Positions 1 to 12,396 of a stretch of DNA of 64,000 nt are shown here, in pieces. The stretch comes from Azolla caroliniana (taxonomy: Eukaryota > Plantae > Polypodiophyta): NCBI GenBank assembly GCA_043228905.1, contig JBHGNT010000012.1, positions 18,662,001 through 18,726,000 of the forward strand. The letters run 5' to 3'. How positions within the stretch are numbered: position 1 is the stretch's first letter; each line of letters begins with the position of its first letter. The notes beneath the pieces were generated by a model. The model searched no databases. It saw only the letters and a list, made by a program, of their open reading frames with translations, and had not been told where the DNA came from. The position numbers and the translations under genes were made by a program.

Positions 1-2036
1 AAGTATATTTCAATTGTGGAGTAACCATTCCTAGGATGCAAAGTCCATGTTATATCTAGATAATAAAATTGATATGTGGAAGCATGGTTGTTTAGAATAC
101 CTACATTATGTCAATTCCCATCCAACTAGAGATAATCATATGGACTTCCCAATGATACTATGTTCCATATAATCGATCTAGGTTATCCCCTTGAACACCT
201 TTCGCTTGTTTCAGTATATGAAAATTTGTTATACTTCCATGAGGTGAAAACAATACACAATCTATATATAATAATAATCCCATCAATACCAATTCGAGGA
301 TATGATTATATTATAGGCATAACCTTACGAACCAAGGGTAGAATAGTTAGGAAACTAGTTATCCTAGGTTTTGGGCCAAACCTATATGGACCTATGACAC
401 GTGGGAGCACGTAGTGGGTTGGGAGTCTTCAACGTTGAGCTATATAAAGGGGACTTGCTACCTCATTCATTATGACATTTTGAGATGTTGTTGAGACTCT
501 ATTGGTGAGGCTAAACTCTGTTCTTTAGATCCATTATTCAACATCCAAGGTGTAACATACGGTACTATTTGGTGGTATGGGACTCCGATGGTATTTTATG
601 TTCATCTCAAATCCTTTGCTTTGGGGCCGTCAGTGTGGTGCTTATCATTAGTATGATTGCAATACGCTAGTTAATATAATGAAAACCTTGGTTCAAATAA
701 TCAAAACATGTGTCAAACATATGGATTATGTCGCATTAAAGAACGTGAATAAATATCTTATCATAAATTACATACAAGGTTGTTAATTCAAGAAGTTTCA
801 TCAACATTGATTTGTAGTTTAAGGATATCTTCACCACAAATCCGTTCTGAATGCGCATCCATTAACTTTTTTAATGGAGCACAATGACCCAATTTCACAT
901 GGCAATCACCTTCTTCAGTAACATGAAAACATGTATAGCTTAGTTGAGCTACCTTGACATGTGAGTGCATGGAGTGCATGTTAGTCATGGATTGGGGTCA
1001 ATATAAAGAATTCCAATAGACAAAAAGTAGCCCTAAACATGCATAAAGGGGACATGTATGGGCTTTTCCCACTTGCAATCAACTCAAAACGGATCATGTC
1101 ATAGGGTGAGCCATGTAAAAGCTGGTGTAATAAATTTAGCAAAATTGGTTAAGAATGGGATCAACAAAAGTTGACCTTTTATTACAAATAATGGATTGGC
1201 ATGGGATGCCAAGATGTGGCATCAATACTTCATCAAAACATTAGCTAATGTGTTTGAGAAAGGTTCATATTAGATTATGGGCAATGAACATTGGAAGTGT
1301 TTCCACACATGGATAGGTTCAAAATATCACTACCTTTACAAGTAGTACAAAATGACCTTTGGGTGATGATAAAAACAGTTTTAAGTTGATTGCAAATATG
1401 TGAAAATGAGAACCTTATCGAGATCCTTCGTTTACTTATATGATTGTTTTTGGGGAAATAAAGAAAATTTGTGATGTACATCACAAATGTTCTCAAACAA
1501 TTATATCTCATAAAGTTCAGAAAACCCTATTCAAGTTCGTTGGATGTATTTTAGGTGTAGGATATTAAAACTAGTAAAAACTACAATGGTATCTTATCCT
1601 TGCACGATTCTCTCAACAATTACGTTAAAGACTTTCTCCCCCATCTAATATATTATACAACACCACAATTTATGTGAAAGAGAATTTATGACATTTATGT
1701 TGTAAAGTCCATAGCATGACTATTGTGTGACTTGGTAACTAGTAGGATCTTAACAACATATGTGTGTGCTTCTATTTTGATTTTTGTAATGAGACATTAT
1801 ATGCAACGAGTTAAATTCGTGAAGGCTCAAGCTTAATGACAAGAGCCACGTGAAGATTTACCATAGTCGTCACATTAACTATGGTTAAAGAAGGTTTACT
1901 AAGGTGAAGAAGGTAATTGCATGGAACACATTGGAGATAAGAACATTGACTCAAGATCAAGCTAAAAATAGAAGAAGCAAAAATAGAGCAACACAAGATC
2001 AAGCTAATCATAGAAAAAGAAGAAAAAGAGGAGCAC

Positions 2037-2390
2037 TGTCACGGATCATAAGCTCAAGAGACAAGCAAGAAGATAACCAAATGGACAAGAAAGAAGATAG
2101 TATTAAAGGAAAGACTCCATAACTGGTGCTGTTCACCTTGAATTCCTTTAAGGTGAACTCCTCTATTTATACTACATGGCATGCATACTTGTTGCACGCA
2201 TGTGAATCTACAATAGAGCATGTAGGTATGCATGCATGTGCCAAGTGTAAATACTACAAGGGAGCAACTATGCACATGATGCTAGCAAAATAATAAGGAT
2301 CAATTACATACATAACTATGTACTAGATATCTTGGTTAACTCATAATACTAGATTATAACATGGTCGTGTCAAGAGTTCGAATCTTGACA
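2037..2390 (-). repeat. 3' LTR of the chromovirus (354 bp)
   Basis: TGTCA...TGACA termini, minus-strand TATAAATA at ~2164-2171, and a PPT (AGGAGGGGGGA, 2394-2404) directly adjacent. Confidence 0.8.
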
Positions 2391-2419
2391 TTATCCCCCC
2401 TCCTACGCCGCCTTCCCAA

Positions 2420-2551
2420 ATCGGCCGCTGGTTTGTGGGGATATCGGTGATGAAAATCTTGGACGACCTCTGGGGCATTTTGTAAATTTGCCGATGGTTC
2501 CCACGTGGCCTCAGTCATGGGGTAACCCCTCCATAGGACGAGGTATTGCAA
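2420..2551 (-). pseudogene. chromodomain of integrase
   Basis: QYLVLWRGYPMTEATWEPSANLQNAPEVVQDFH. The N-terminal EYEVDQIL part lies within the tandem repeat. Confidence 0.9.
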
Positions 2552-2553
2552 GT

Positions 2554-2920
2554 GTGGTGGTGGGGCCTAACGTCCTGGGAGTTGTGAAGCATAATGGGGT
2601 TCGAGGAAGGATTTGGTCGACCTCGTATTCCTCCCCTGTCGTCAATTGCACAGGTGGTGGTGGTGGGGCCTAACGTCCTGGGAGTTGTGAAGCATAATGG
2701 GGTTCGAGGAAGGATTTGGTCGACCTCGTATTCCTCCCCTGTCGTCAATTGCACAGGTGGTGGTGGTGGGGCCTAACGTCCTGGGAGTTGTGAAGCATAA
2801 TGGGGTTCGAGGAAGGATTTGGTCGACCTCGTATTCCTCCCCTGTCGTCAATTGCACAGGTGGTGGTGGTGGGGCCTAACGTCCTGGGAGTTGTGAAGCA
2901 TAATGGGGTTCGAGGAAGGA
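2554..2920. repeat. 103-bp tandem repeat, ~3.6 copies
   Basis: GGGGCCTAAC recurs at 2562, 2665, 2768 and 2871. Copies look identical and derive from the integrase-chromodomain linker. Confidence 0.95.
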
Positions 2921-5533
2921 GACATGAAAAACATCGTGAATCCGGAAGTGGGATGGAAGGGCGAGCCGGAAGGCGACGGGATTGATGCACTCGATGATAC
3001 GGAATGGTCCCAACTTCTTGTAATCAAGTTTCGCACATGGACGAGTAGTAGAGATGTGTCGACGTAACAACCAGACCATGTCTCCAACGACAAAGTGTGG
3101 AGTGGAAGATCGATGGCGATAAGCCTGCTTCTTGTATCGTTCACTAGCAAGACTAAGCTCCAAGGATAAATCATGATGTAACTCTTCCAAAATGCGGGCG
3201 CGATCCTCCCCCGAAGGGTTCATGAAAGTGGTAGGAAGGGAAATGTTGAAGCGAGGATGTAAACCATAGTTGGCAAAGAAGGGAGTGACGCCAGTTGATG
3301 CATGGAGAGAATTATTGTAGGCGAATTCCGCGAGCGAAAGTAAGTTCACCCAATCATCTTGTTGGTAACTAACCGAGCACCGAAGATACTGCTCAAGGAT
3401 TTGGTTGACACGCTCCGTTTGCCCATCAGTTTGGGGGTGATAAGCGGAGGACAACTTGACAGAGATGCCTAAAGTTTGTAGCAGGCGCTGCCAGAAGTGA
3501 GAGATAAACTGGGGTCCGCGATCTGAGATGACATCATCGGGGAGTCCATGCAAGCGTACCACATTGTTGAGTAGTAGATGCACCATTCCTTCTCCGGAAA
3601 TGGTTTTGGAGCATGGAGTGAAGTGAGCCACCTTCATAAACCGATCGACAACGACCAACACCGAGTCATAGCTATTGACCAAGGGTAGATCAGTTATCAG
3701 GTCCATAGAGATAGAGGCCCAAGGACGACAAGGACATGGAAGTGGCTGTAGTAAGCCGTATGGCCGATGATGAATGGCTTTGGAGCGAGCACAAACCTCA
3801 TAACTCTTTATGACATATTCTTTGACCAACTTCCATGGTTGTGGCCACCAATACCCCCGAGAGATTAGCTCGAGGGTTTTCGCGACCCCGAAATGACCTG
3901 CAAGTGGGTCATCGTGGCATTCCCGCAACACCCGGGTGCGACATGGGCCCTCTGGGACGTATAAGAGATGATCTCGGAACAACAAACCCTCTTGTATGGT
4001 GAAGGTGTCAAGATCCTTCCTTTTGGTCGCCTTGGAGGGGTTTTGCAGACTATCTCGAATCTCGTTGGTGAATGCATCGGTCTTGGATGCATCAATGATT
4101 TGTTGGAGTAAAGAATCATCCTGCAACATATAAGTGGCAAAAAGATGCAATTGGTCGGGTTTCAACAAACTTCTAGATTGTTGAGCATAAGCAGCATCCC
4201 CAGGGCGGAGTGCAAGGTCAGCTCGGCGAGAAAGGGCATCAGCCTTCCCATGTTGGCCACCAGGTCGAAATACGATCTCAAAATCGTAGTTGGCGAGAAA
4301 TGTCGACCAACGGGCCTGCCTTCGATTCAAAGTACGAGTGGTGGAAAAATAAACTAAATTTTTATGATCAGTCACTACCTGGACACGATGTTGTGCGCCG
4401 GCCAAGTAGGGTCGCCATTCTTCAAAGGCAGCAATGATAGCAGCAAGCTCCTTGTCGTAAATGGGATAATTGATTTCGGATGCCGTAAATTTTCAGGAAT
4501 AGTAAGCCACTGGGTGCATTAGGTTGTTGTCGTATGCCTGGGATAAGATGACGCCAATGGCAAAGTCAGAGGCATCGATTTTGACTTGGAAGGGTTTTGT
4601 GGGGTCGGCATGTAGCAGCACCGGGGTAGTGATGAATGCGTGTTTGAGTGAGTCGAATGCATTTTGCGTCTCCGAGGTCCATAAAAATGGAGTGCCTTTA
4701 TGGGTGAGAGCGATAAGAGGTTGTGCTAGGGTGGAAAACCCCTTGATGAAGCGACGGTAAAAATTTGCGAAGCTGAGGAAGGATTGCACATCTTTAGGTC
4801 GCCTTGGGGTCGCCCACGCTTGAATGACAGAGACCTTCTTCATATCCATGGTGATGCCAGTGGGTGAGATGATGTAGCCTAGAAATTCGATCGAGGTACG
4901 GTTGAACTCACATTTCTCACCTTTGGCATAAAGGCCATGCTCGCGAAGTTTGGCAAGAACTAATCGGACTTGGCGAGTGTGCTCCTCCATGTTTAGCGAG
5001 AAAATGAGAATATCATCGAGGTAAATGACAACAAAAAGATCAAGATATTCCTGGAATATATCGTTCATCATATGTTGAAAAATTGCAGGAGCGTTAGTAA
5101 GACCAAAAGACATTACCTTGTATTCGAAATGCCCATACCATGTTCGAAATGCGGTTTTCCATTCATCCCCCGACTTGATGCGTACCAGATTGTACGCTCC
5201 ACGCAGATCAACTTTGGAGAAGACATGCGCAACTCGGAGCCGATCAAGGAGTTCGGGGATCAGAGGTAGCGGATAACAGTTGCGCACAATGAGTTTGTTG
5301 AGACCTCGGTAGTCGACGCATAAGCGTAGAGAGCCGTCCTTCTTCTTCACAAATAAAATGGGGCCCCCGGCTGGTGACTTAGAAGGTTGAATAAATCCTT
5401 CCTCGAGGTTCTCATCGAGATACACACGAAGGGCCTTCAACTCTGGTGCAAACAATGCATATAGAGGACCAAAGGGTGGACACGCACCTTCTTGAAGATC
5501 AATCGAACAGTCGTAGAGCTGGTGTTCAGGCAA
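2876..5533 (-). pseudogene. pol: pol (RT-RNase H-integrase) with one in-frame stop at 4493
   Basis: RT motifs LCVDYRGLN and YLDD, RNase H, integrase HHCC region, GQTER and GPF motifs. ORFs 4493-5533 and 2876-4405 share a frame. Confidence 0.95.
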
Positions 5534-6305
5534 ACGATCAACATTACATTTTTCAAATACGTCGGAGAAGTGTTGGTATTTTTCGGGAATAACATGGAGT
5601 GTGTTAAAAATGGCACCACAAACAAAACTGGACCAATGATGGGGTAGTCAATTCGGAGTCGACCGTCTCTGAAGGATAGGAAACTGAATTTATCTTCATA
5701 CTTTTGCATGAGCATCTTCTTGCTTCATCGACGTCGCGTTTGCAAGCACAATCAAAGAAACTCTAAAAAAAGAGTAAAAAGATATGTATGATGAAGGAAG
5801 CACTATAAATAGAGAGGCTAGCGTTTTATTATACTAGATTTTATTCTAATCAAGATTAGTGATTTATATACTTATGTTGCCATCTAATTGTAGAATCAAT
5901 TGTGTTTAAAATCGTTGTTGAAGGTGAAGAATTTGAAGAGAATAGACTTGTTCTATGGAAGTTCATTAGTCGCCTTAATTACTTAATTACTCTTTAAATA
6001 TTTTTCTTCTCTCTAATTATTCTAGTACAATATATCCTCGTTAAAAGACACTTCCAACGAGCCCTTACACGCTAAATTTGGAGGTTGGAGGTGGAAGAAC
6101 GGGTGGAATAGTGCGAAAAACTTCAAACAACTCTATAAAGGTTGTAAGAACTCCATTTTGGAAGTGTAATAAATATATCAAAATCTTTCTCTTTTGGAGA
6201 CTTACAACTAGTAGAAATTTCAAGAAAAAAGGATCTACACTCTCAAAATAATTTTTGTTTAAAGGAAGGCGTTCGTAGAGGAAATCACCCCTAATTATAC
6301 TAGGG

Positions 6306-6575
6306 TGTTGAGAATCAAACTCAACTTCTCATAGAAATAGATTTCACACTAGCTCATGGACATGCCCGACTAGTTTTGTAAATAGTAGAAAGGGCCCTTG
6401 CCCTAGTTTAGTTGGTATTTAAACCAACCTTTTGTAACTTTGTTACTGTTGGAAGTAATACATAGTTGTCTCATCTTAAGTCTCTCTCTCTCCCTCAATT
6501 TCGCATAAATGCTCATATGCACACACACACACACAGAGTCCTACCGCTGCATACAATCACTCTCCTTTCTTTACA
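6306..6575 (+). repeat. 5' LTR of Copia A
   Basis: TGTTGAGAAT...TTACA; aligns with 21014-21262. Confidence 0.93.
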
Positions 6576-6586
6576 TGGTATCAGAG
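6576..6586 (+). promoter_or_regulatory. PBS (tRNA-iMet)
   Basis: TGGTATCAGAG directly after the LTR. Confidence 0.92.
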
Positions 6587-6677
6587 TGTGTGGTTTTCTG
6601 ATCAAGTCTAATCAACTATGGTGTTCTACATACCGATGATCAACAGAACCGGTCCAAGAAACAAAGAAGAAATTATC

Positions 6678-9473
6678 ATGAATCCTCAGATAGGAAATGC
6701 TCTTCCTACGAAGAAGCTCGATAGGACAAACTTCGCATCTTGGGAGTACAAGATGCATCAGTACAGGCTTGTCGGACAAGGATATTGGAGCTATATTGAA
6801 GGAGCTCACGAAACGCAACCCAACCCAACACACGTCGACTATCCCGTTTGGGAGCAGACTACAAGCCGTGTGTTGTATTGCCTTGCATAATGCGTACATG
6901 ATCACATGCTCGGCTATATTCGAGAGGCGAAAATGCCGAAAGAAGCTTGGGGCAATCTCAAGAAGATCTTCGCGGCCAATATGGCTGCTTGTAAGCTTCA
7001 ACGTCGTCAGGAGCTGAACAATATTCATCAAAGGGACATGTCAATCGACAACTATACCTTGAAGATCAAGGAGCTATGTGATGCCCTCAGATCAATCAAT
7101 GTCGTCATCAATGATGATGAGATGGTGCAAATATGCCTCGGCGGCTTAACACCCCGATTTGGCTCGATTAGATCGGCCATCCTTGCAAGGGAGAACCCTC
7201 CTTCATTTTTTGATCTCCAATCAATATTGCTGGTTGAGGAAAATCACGCCCGACAAAGGAGCAACGCACCGAAGGGTCATATGCTCTACTCCTAGTCGGA
7301 TGATAGAAGAAATTTCGGCCGTGGAAATAGAGATCGATTTGGACAAGGTCGTCACGGTCGGTAGATCCAAGAGCGTAACTCCCACCAATGGGAAGCGGAT
7401 ATGAACAATCCCAGAGAGTTCGGTAGAAGGGGGAGTCATCACGTCGGACCAAGCAATCGCAATAACCCAATCGAATGCGGATACTGTGGAAAACTTGGAC
7501 ACTATGAAGAGGAGTGCCGAAAGAAGAAGCGAGACTCCGATTCGACCGGTCGACAAGTCACAAATTATGCATCGAATTCCGACTATGACATTCGTAGTGG
7601 AATGTTCATGAATTACGCGTCGAATTCTAACTACGACGATTGTAGCGGAATGTTCATGATGAGACACAAAGCGCACTCAATGGCGACACAAGGTGAAACA
7701 AGCATCACACCCTCAGATCATGTAAGGTTCATTGACTCAGGAGCATCCAATCATATGACATCTCATGAAGATTGGTTCCGGGAATTACGAAAGCCCGAAC
7801 GACCCGGATATGTCGAAACAGGTGATGACACGACTCATTCAATACGGCATATCGGAAATGAAGGCAAACAAACCTACCTCAAAAATGTCCTGCATGTCCC
7901 AACCATCACAAAGAACCAGGTCTCGGTTGGCCAGATTGTCGAACAAGGTATGCAAGTACGGTTCAACATTGACGGATGCTTCATTGACAAAGACGATCGA
8001 GTCATAGCTCACGACCGTCGAGAAGGCCGAATGTTCATCCTCGAGTCGAGCGAGGTGAAGTCCACTATGTTTGCTAATGGCATCAAAGTCGAAACTGACT
8101 TGAAACTATGGCACAAGCGAATTGGCCACATCAACCTCCAGAAGCTCCAGAATATGTAATCAAAAGGAGTCGTAATTGGACTCCCAAACTTTACCGCGAA
8201 GGAGATTACGGGCGTATGCGAAGCGTGCCAGTTTGGAAAGCAACGCCGACATCCATTCCCGAAAGAGCGGAATGTGAGCAAAGGGATCCTGGATGTCGTA
8301 CATTTAGATGTGTGGGTACCAGCCTAGATGACAACATTTGGAGGTTGCCGATATTATGTTACATTCATCGATGAATTCTCTAGGCATACTTGGATCTACC
8401 CGATGAAGAAGAAGAGTGAAGTGTTCGGTCACTTCTAAAGGTTCAAAACCGATGTTGAGAAAGCCACGGGCCGTCACGTACGATGCCTTCGATTGGATGG
8501 AGGCAAGGAATATTTCTCGGATGAGTTTACGACATATCTTCGAAAGGAAGGAATTCGACGAGAATTCTCATGCCGTCACACATCTCAGCAAAATGGCGTA
8601 GCCGAGCGAAAGAACCGACACATAGTAGAGGTTGCATGGGCGATGATGAACGAGAAAAACTTGCCGAAATCGTACTGGGCAGAAGAGCGAACACGGCCGT
8701 ATACCTCATGAATAGGTGCACAACCTTGGGAGTACACTACGTAACCCCCCATGAGAAGTTCCTTGGAAAGAAGCCAAACTTATCACATGTCCGTATTTTT
8801 GTCTCAATCGTGTATGTTCACATCCCTGACGAGAAGCGACAAAAGCTCGAACCGAAGTTGGAGAAATGTATCCTCGTAGGATATTCACTGGAGCAAAAGG
8901 GGTACAAGTGCTATAACCCCTCAACTTGAAAATCTTGAGTGAGTCGAGATGTCGTTTTTGACAATCCGCATCTTGGTACACACTAGAGATGACTTCAACT
9001 CTGATTCCACTTGACCTGGAATACGCCGAAATAGAGATAGAAGTCGAAGATCGGCTCAGGTGCATGTACAAAGAAAGCCCAATTATGACAAGGCTTAGTG
9101 GGCCACAAGAGCCCCTGAGCGATCAAAGCACATCTCGGCCAATTTCGAAGCTGGACAAAGGGAAGGTGAAAATGCCAGAGTATGAAGACGATCACTTTGA
9201 CGGCAACGAATCGACTCACTCCCTCGATAGTGAGCTCGAAGGCTTTGACATTCAGACAAATGGAGCGAAGAAAGCCTTAGTATTCGCAAACGAGAAGCTC
9301 CGCCAATCCACCCATGAAAAGAACCCTGTAAGCCGATTCGGCTACAACGATTATATGGCGTACCATTATGCCTTTATGATGAAGGTAGCGTCAGTATGGA
9401 AACCGGAAACCCTTTCCGGGGGCCGTAACGGATCCGCGACGGGTCGACGCGATGAATGAAGAAATGCAAGCCC
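6678..9473 (+). pseudogene. gag-pol: Copia A gag-protease-integrase, fragmented
   Basis: Gag-like fragments, zinc knuckle CGYCGKLGHYEEEC, protease IDSGASNHM, LWHKRIGH, integrase QQNGVAERKNR. Many stops and frameshifts. Confidence 0.92.
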
Positions 9474-9761
9474 TGTCATGATATGGCAAGACTCAAACCC
9501 ATGACCTTATGTTATATGGGTCAAGCTCTTGACCATTATACCATCTATTGTAATATATAAAATATTATTTTCATTTAAGTTTTATTATAGGAAATTAATG
9601 TATATTCCAGATTTCTCTGGAACATTCTAGAAACTTCAAGATTACTCCTAAGAACACTATAAAAGAAGGCACTAGGCATTATTTTGAACCAAATTGGTTC
9701 AAACAGTTAGGAATAGTACTAAAACAGAGAGAGAATTAGTACTAAAGAAGGGAAGTACTAT

Positions 9762-11112
9762 TATTTCGAGTATACTGTTATGCCGTTCGGTCTAACCAAT
9801 GCACCCGCAGTCTTCCAACACATGGAAAATGATATATTCAGAGACCTCTTGGATATCTGTTTGATCATCTATCTGGATGATCTATTGATTTATTCGAAGA
9901 CCCAGGAAGAGCATGATTCTCATGTACTATTAGTACTAAAACGACTCCGCGAGAATGGTCTTTATGCCAAGCTAGAAAAATGTAGCTTTGACTGCACGCA
10001 AGTGGAATTTCTAGGCTATGTCATCTCCTCAAGGGGCATCTCCATGGATCCAACTAAAGTCAAAACTGTGCTAGAGTGGCAAACTCCCCATTTGTTACGA
10101 GATGTACAATGTTTCCTAGGTTTTACTAACTTCTACCGCAAGTTTATACAAGATTACTCAAAGATTATTTTACCTCTCACACAACTTACGAAGAAGGGAC
10201 ATGCATTCCTTTGGTCCAATGAAGCGGACATGGCTTTTCGGCATCTTAAGAAAGCCTTTACATCAGCCCCTATTCTAGCTCATGTGGATACAAACAAACC
10301 ATTCATCATGGAGGCCGACGCATCGGATTTCGCCCTCGGTAGTATCCTTTCTCAACAAGGAGATAAAGAAGAGTTACATCATGTGGCTTTCCCTTCGCAC
10401 AAATTCGATGGCGCGGAAATCAACTACGAAATACATGACAAGGAGTTATTAGCCATCGTAGATTCATTTGTGCAATGGTGGCATTTCTTAGAGAGCTCTC
10501 CACATCAGGTCATTGTCTTCAGTGGTCACAAAAATCTTGCTTATTTCTCGAATGCTCGTGTGCTAAATCGACGACAAGCTTGGTGGGCTCAATTCCTCAC
10601 GTGTTTTGATTTCAAAATCACATATCGACCGGGGAAGCAGCAAGGAAAAGCAGATGCACTATCATGACGTTCATATCTTGCACCTCGTCCTGGTGATCCA
10701 ACGTTTGATAATCAAAAGCAAGTAATCTTGGGACCAGCGCGATTGCACACAACACGGATTTTTCACACCCCAATGGATTCCCGGATTACTCATGTCATGT
10801 GTGAGAACTTGAAGACGAACTATTTTGCTCAAGACATTTTGGCGCACATTGATACCTCTCGGGCATCCTGCTCCCAGTCTCAACAACCAGGTATGGACTA
10901 CCGACAATTCGAATATCATGATGGTTTGTTATTCTTTAAAAAGCTTGCATATGTCCCCAATTGCTCCTGTCGCCTTCAAATCCTCCAAAGTTGTCACGAC
11001 ACCCATACGACGGGACATTTCGGTAGTATTGAGACGTTGGATCTAGTTCAACGATCTTTTTGGTGGCCCCGTATGTGATGTTTTGTCGATGACTACGTTC
11101 AGACCTATGATG
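9762..11112 (+). pseudogene. pol: chromovirus B RT (partial), RNase H and integrase zinc finger
   Basis: [38 protein letters not shown]. Confidence 0.92.
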
Positions 11113-11186
11113 TGTTGGGAGACAGGTCCCTTCGGATGGGAAGGGAGAAGAACATTGCCGATGAACAAACTCGGCCGAGGCTGAAA

Positions 11187-11405
11187 CCGGATGAGGAGTA
11201 CCCGACTTCGGAGAGCCGGATGGTACAGACCCGGTGAAGACCGGATGAGGAGTACCCGGCTACGGAGAGCCAGATGGTGCAGACCCGGTGAGAACCGGAT
11301 GAGGAGTACCCGGCTACGGAGAGCCGGATGGTGCAGACCCGGTGAGAACTGGATGAGGAGTACCCGGCTACGGAGAGCCGGATGGTGCAGACCCGGTGAG
11401 GAATG
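11187..11405 (+). repeat. 54-bp tandem repeat x4 in U3 of LTR C
   Basis: Unit CCGGATGAGGAGTACCCGGCTACGGAGAGCCGGATGGTGCAGACCCGGTGAGAA. Confidence 0.9.
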
Positions 11406-11688
11406 CTCACCGGATGAAGAGACATATTCGTAAATATGTTTCTGAGAGTCCATCGAGGCTATATCTGTAAATAGCCGAAAAGTCATATTAGTATAAATAT
11501 GACTTAGGGCAAACCTTTTGTTGTTGGTTATTCTTGTCTACGCGAGACCAAAAGTGCGTAATAGTGTATAGAGAGAGAGAGAGAGAGAGAGAGATAGAGG
11601 TTGCTGCCTCAGTTGTAACCGCCGCCTGTGGCGAAGATTGTGAGCACGAGGTCGTTACCTCTGTGAACTCACTGTTGTACATTCTTAC

Positions 11689-12365
11689 TGTTAGGATTTA
11701 CGGTCCCTCTGGATGGGATGTCCGGAGATGAATGACGGCAAGCCCGGTTGCGGTTACGGAGCCGGATGATGAAGACCCCGGTTACGGAGCCGGACGACGA
11801 AGACCCGGCTACGGAGCTGGATGATGAAGACCCCGGTTACGGAGCCGGATGCCGAAGACCCGGTTACGGAGCCGGATGATGAATGTACCCGGAGAGAGAG
11901 ATCCGGATGCGGGGACATATCTGTGAATATGTTTGCCAAGGGCCCTTGTGGCTATATTTGTAAATAGCCGGAAAGTCATATGTGTATAAATATGACTTAG
12001 GGCAAACAGTTTTATGTTGCTACTCATTTTTCTGTTTTTCCACTTAGAGAGAGTGAAGAGAGCAGCCGAGAGAGAGAGAGAAAGAGAGAGAGACGAAGAG
12101 GTCGTTGCCTCTGTGTATTACCGCCGCCTGTGGCGAAGACAGTGAGCTCAAGGTTGTTGCCTTGAAGCTTCACCATTGTACATCTCTGTTCATAGTGATA
12201 GTTGGAGTTTGAGGACTCCCGTGGTTTTTCCCGTATAGGGTTTTCCACGTTAATCCCTGTGTTATCGTGTTTTTTCTCTGTGTTTCCTATTTTCTGCTGC
12301 ATTGATTCGCGATTTCTCGGTTGTGGCCGAGCGGCGGAAGAGAATCGGAGCGTTGATTCTTAACA
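11689..12365 (+). repeat. 5' LTR of Copia D
   Basis: TGTTAGG...TTAACA, 27-28-bp CCGG-rich repeats at ~11750-11892, TATA box at ~11985. Confidence 0.97.
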
Positions 12366-12368
12366 AAG

Positions 12369-12380
12369 TGGTATCAGAGC
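12369..12380 (+). promoter_or_regulatory. PBS (tRNA-iMet)
   Basis: TGGTATCAGAGC, 3 nt after the LTR. Confidence 0.95.
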
Positions 12381-12396
12381 GACGGCAGTGCAGAAA

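Larger units (their letters stand above)
2037..5690 (-). mobile_element. Ty3/gypsy chromovirus (Tcn1-like), 5'-truncated
   Basis: Minus strand reads RT, RNase H, integrase, chromodomain, PPT, then LTR. No gag, protease or 5' LTR is visible. Right boundary is approximate. Confidence 0.9.

Noticed and set aside
788-988. PLKKLMDAHSER resembles a SUMO helix
   Set aside because: The match is about 10 residues, with no diglycine end or other SUMO features. It cannot support a gene call.
1-2036. AT-rich region with TATA-like motifs, possibly old LTR remnants
   Set aside because: No paired termini, TSD or recognisable coding motif.
2554-2920. CRISPR-like array
   Set aside because: Head-to-tail identical units with no unique spacers, derived from pol, in a eukaryotic context. 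The same applies to the U3 arrays.
2032-5749. AGCAC at 2032-2036 and 5745-5749 as TSD of the first chromovirus
   Set aside because: No LTR sequence precedes the right copy, so a chance 5-mer cannot be excluded.
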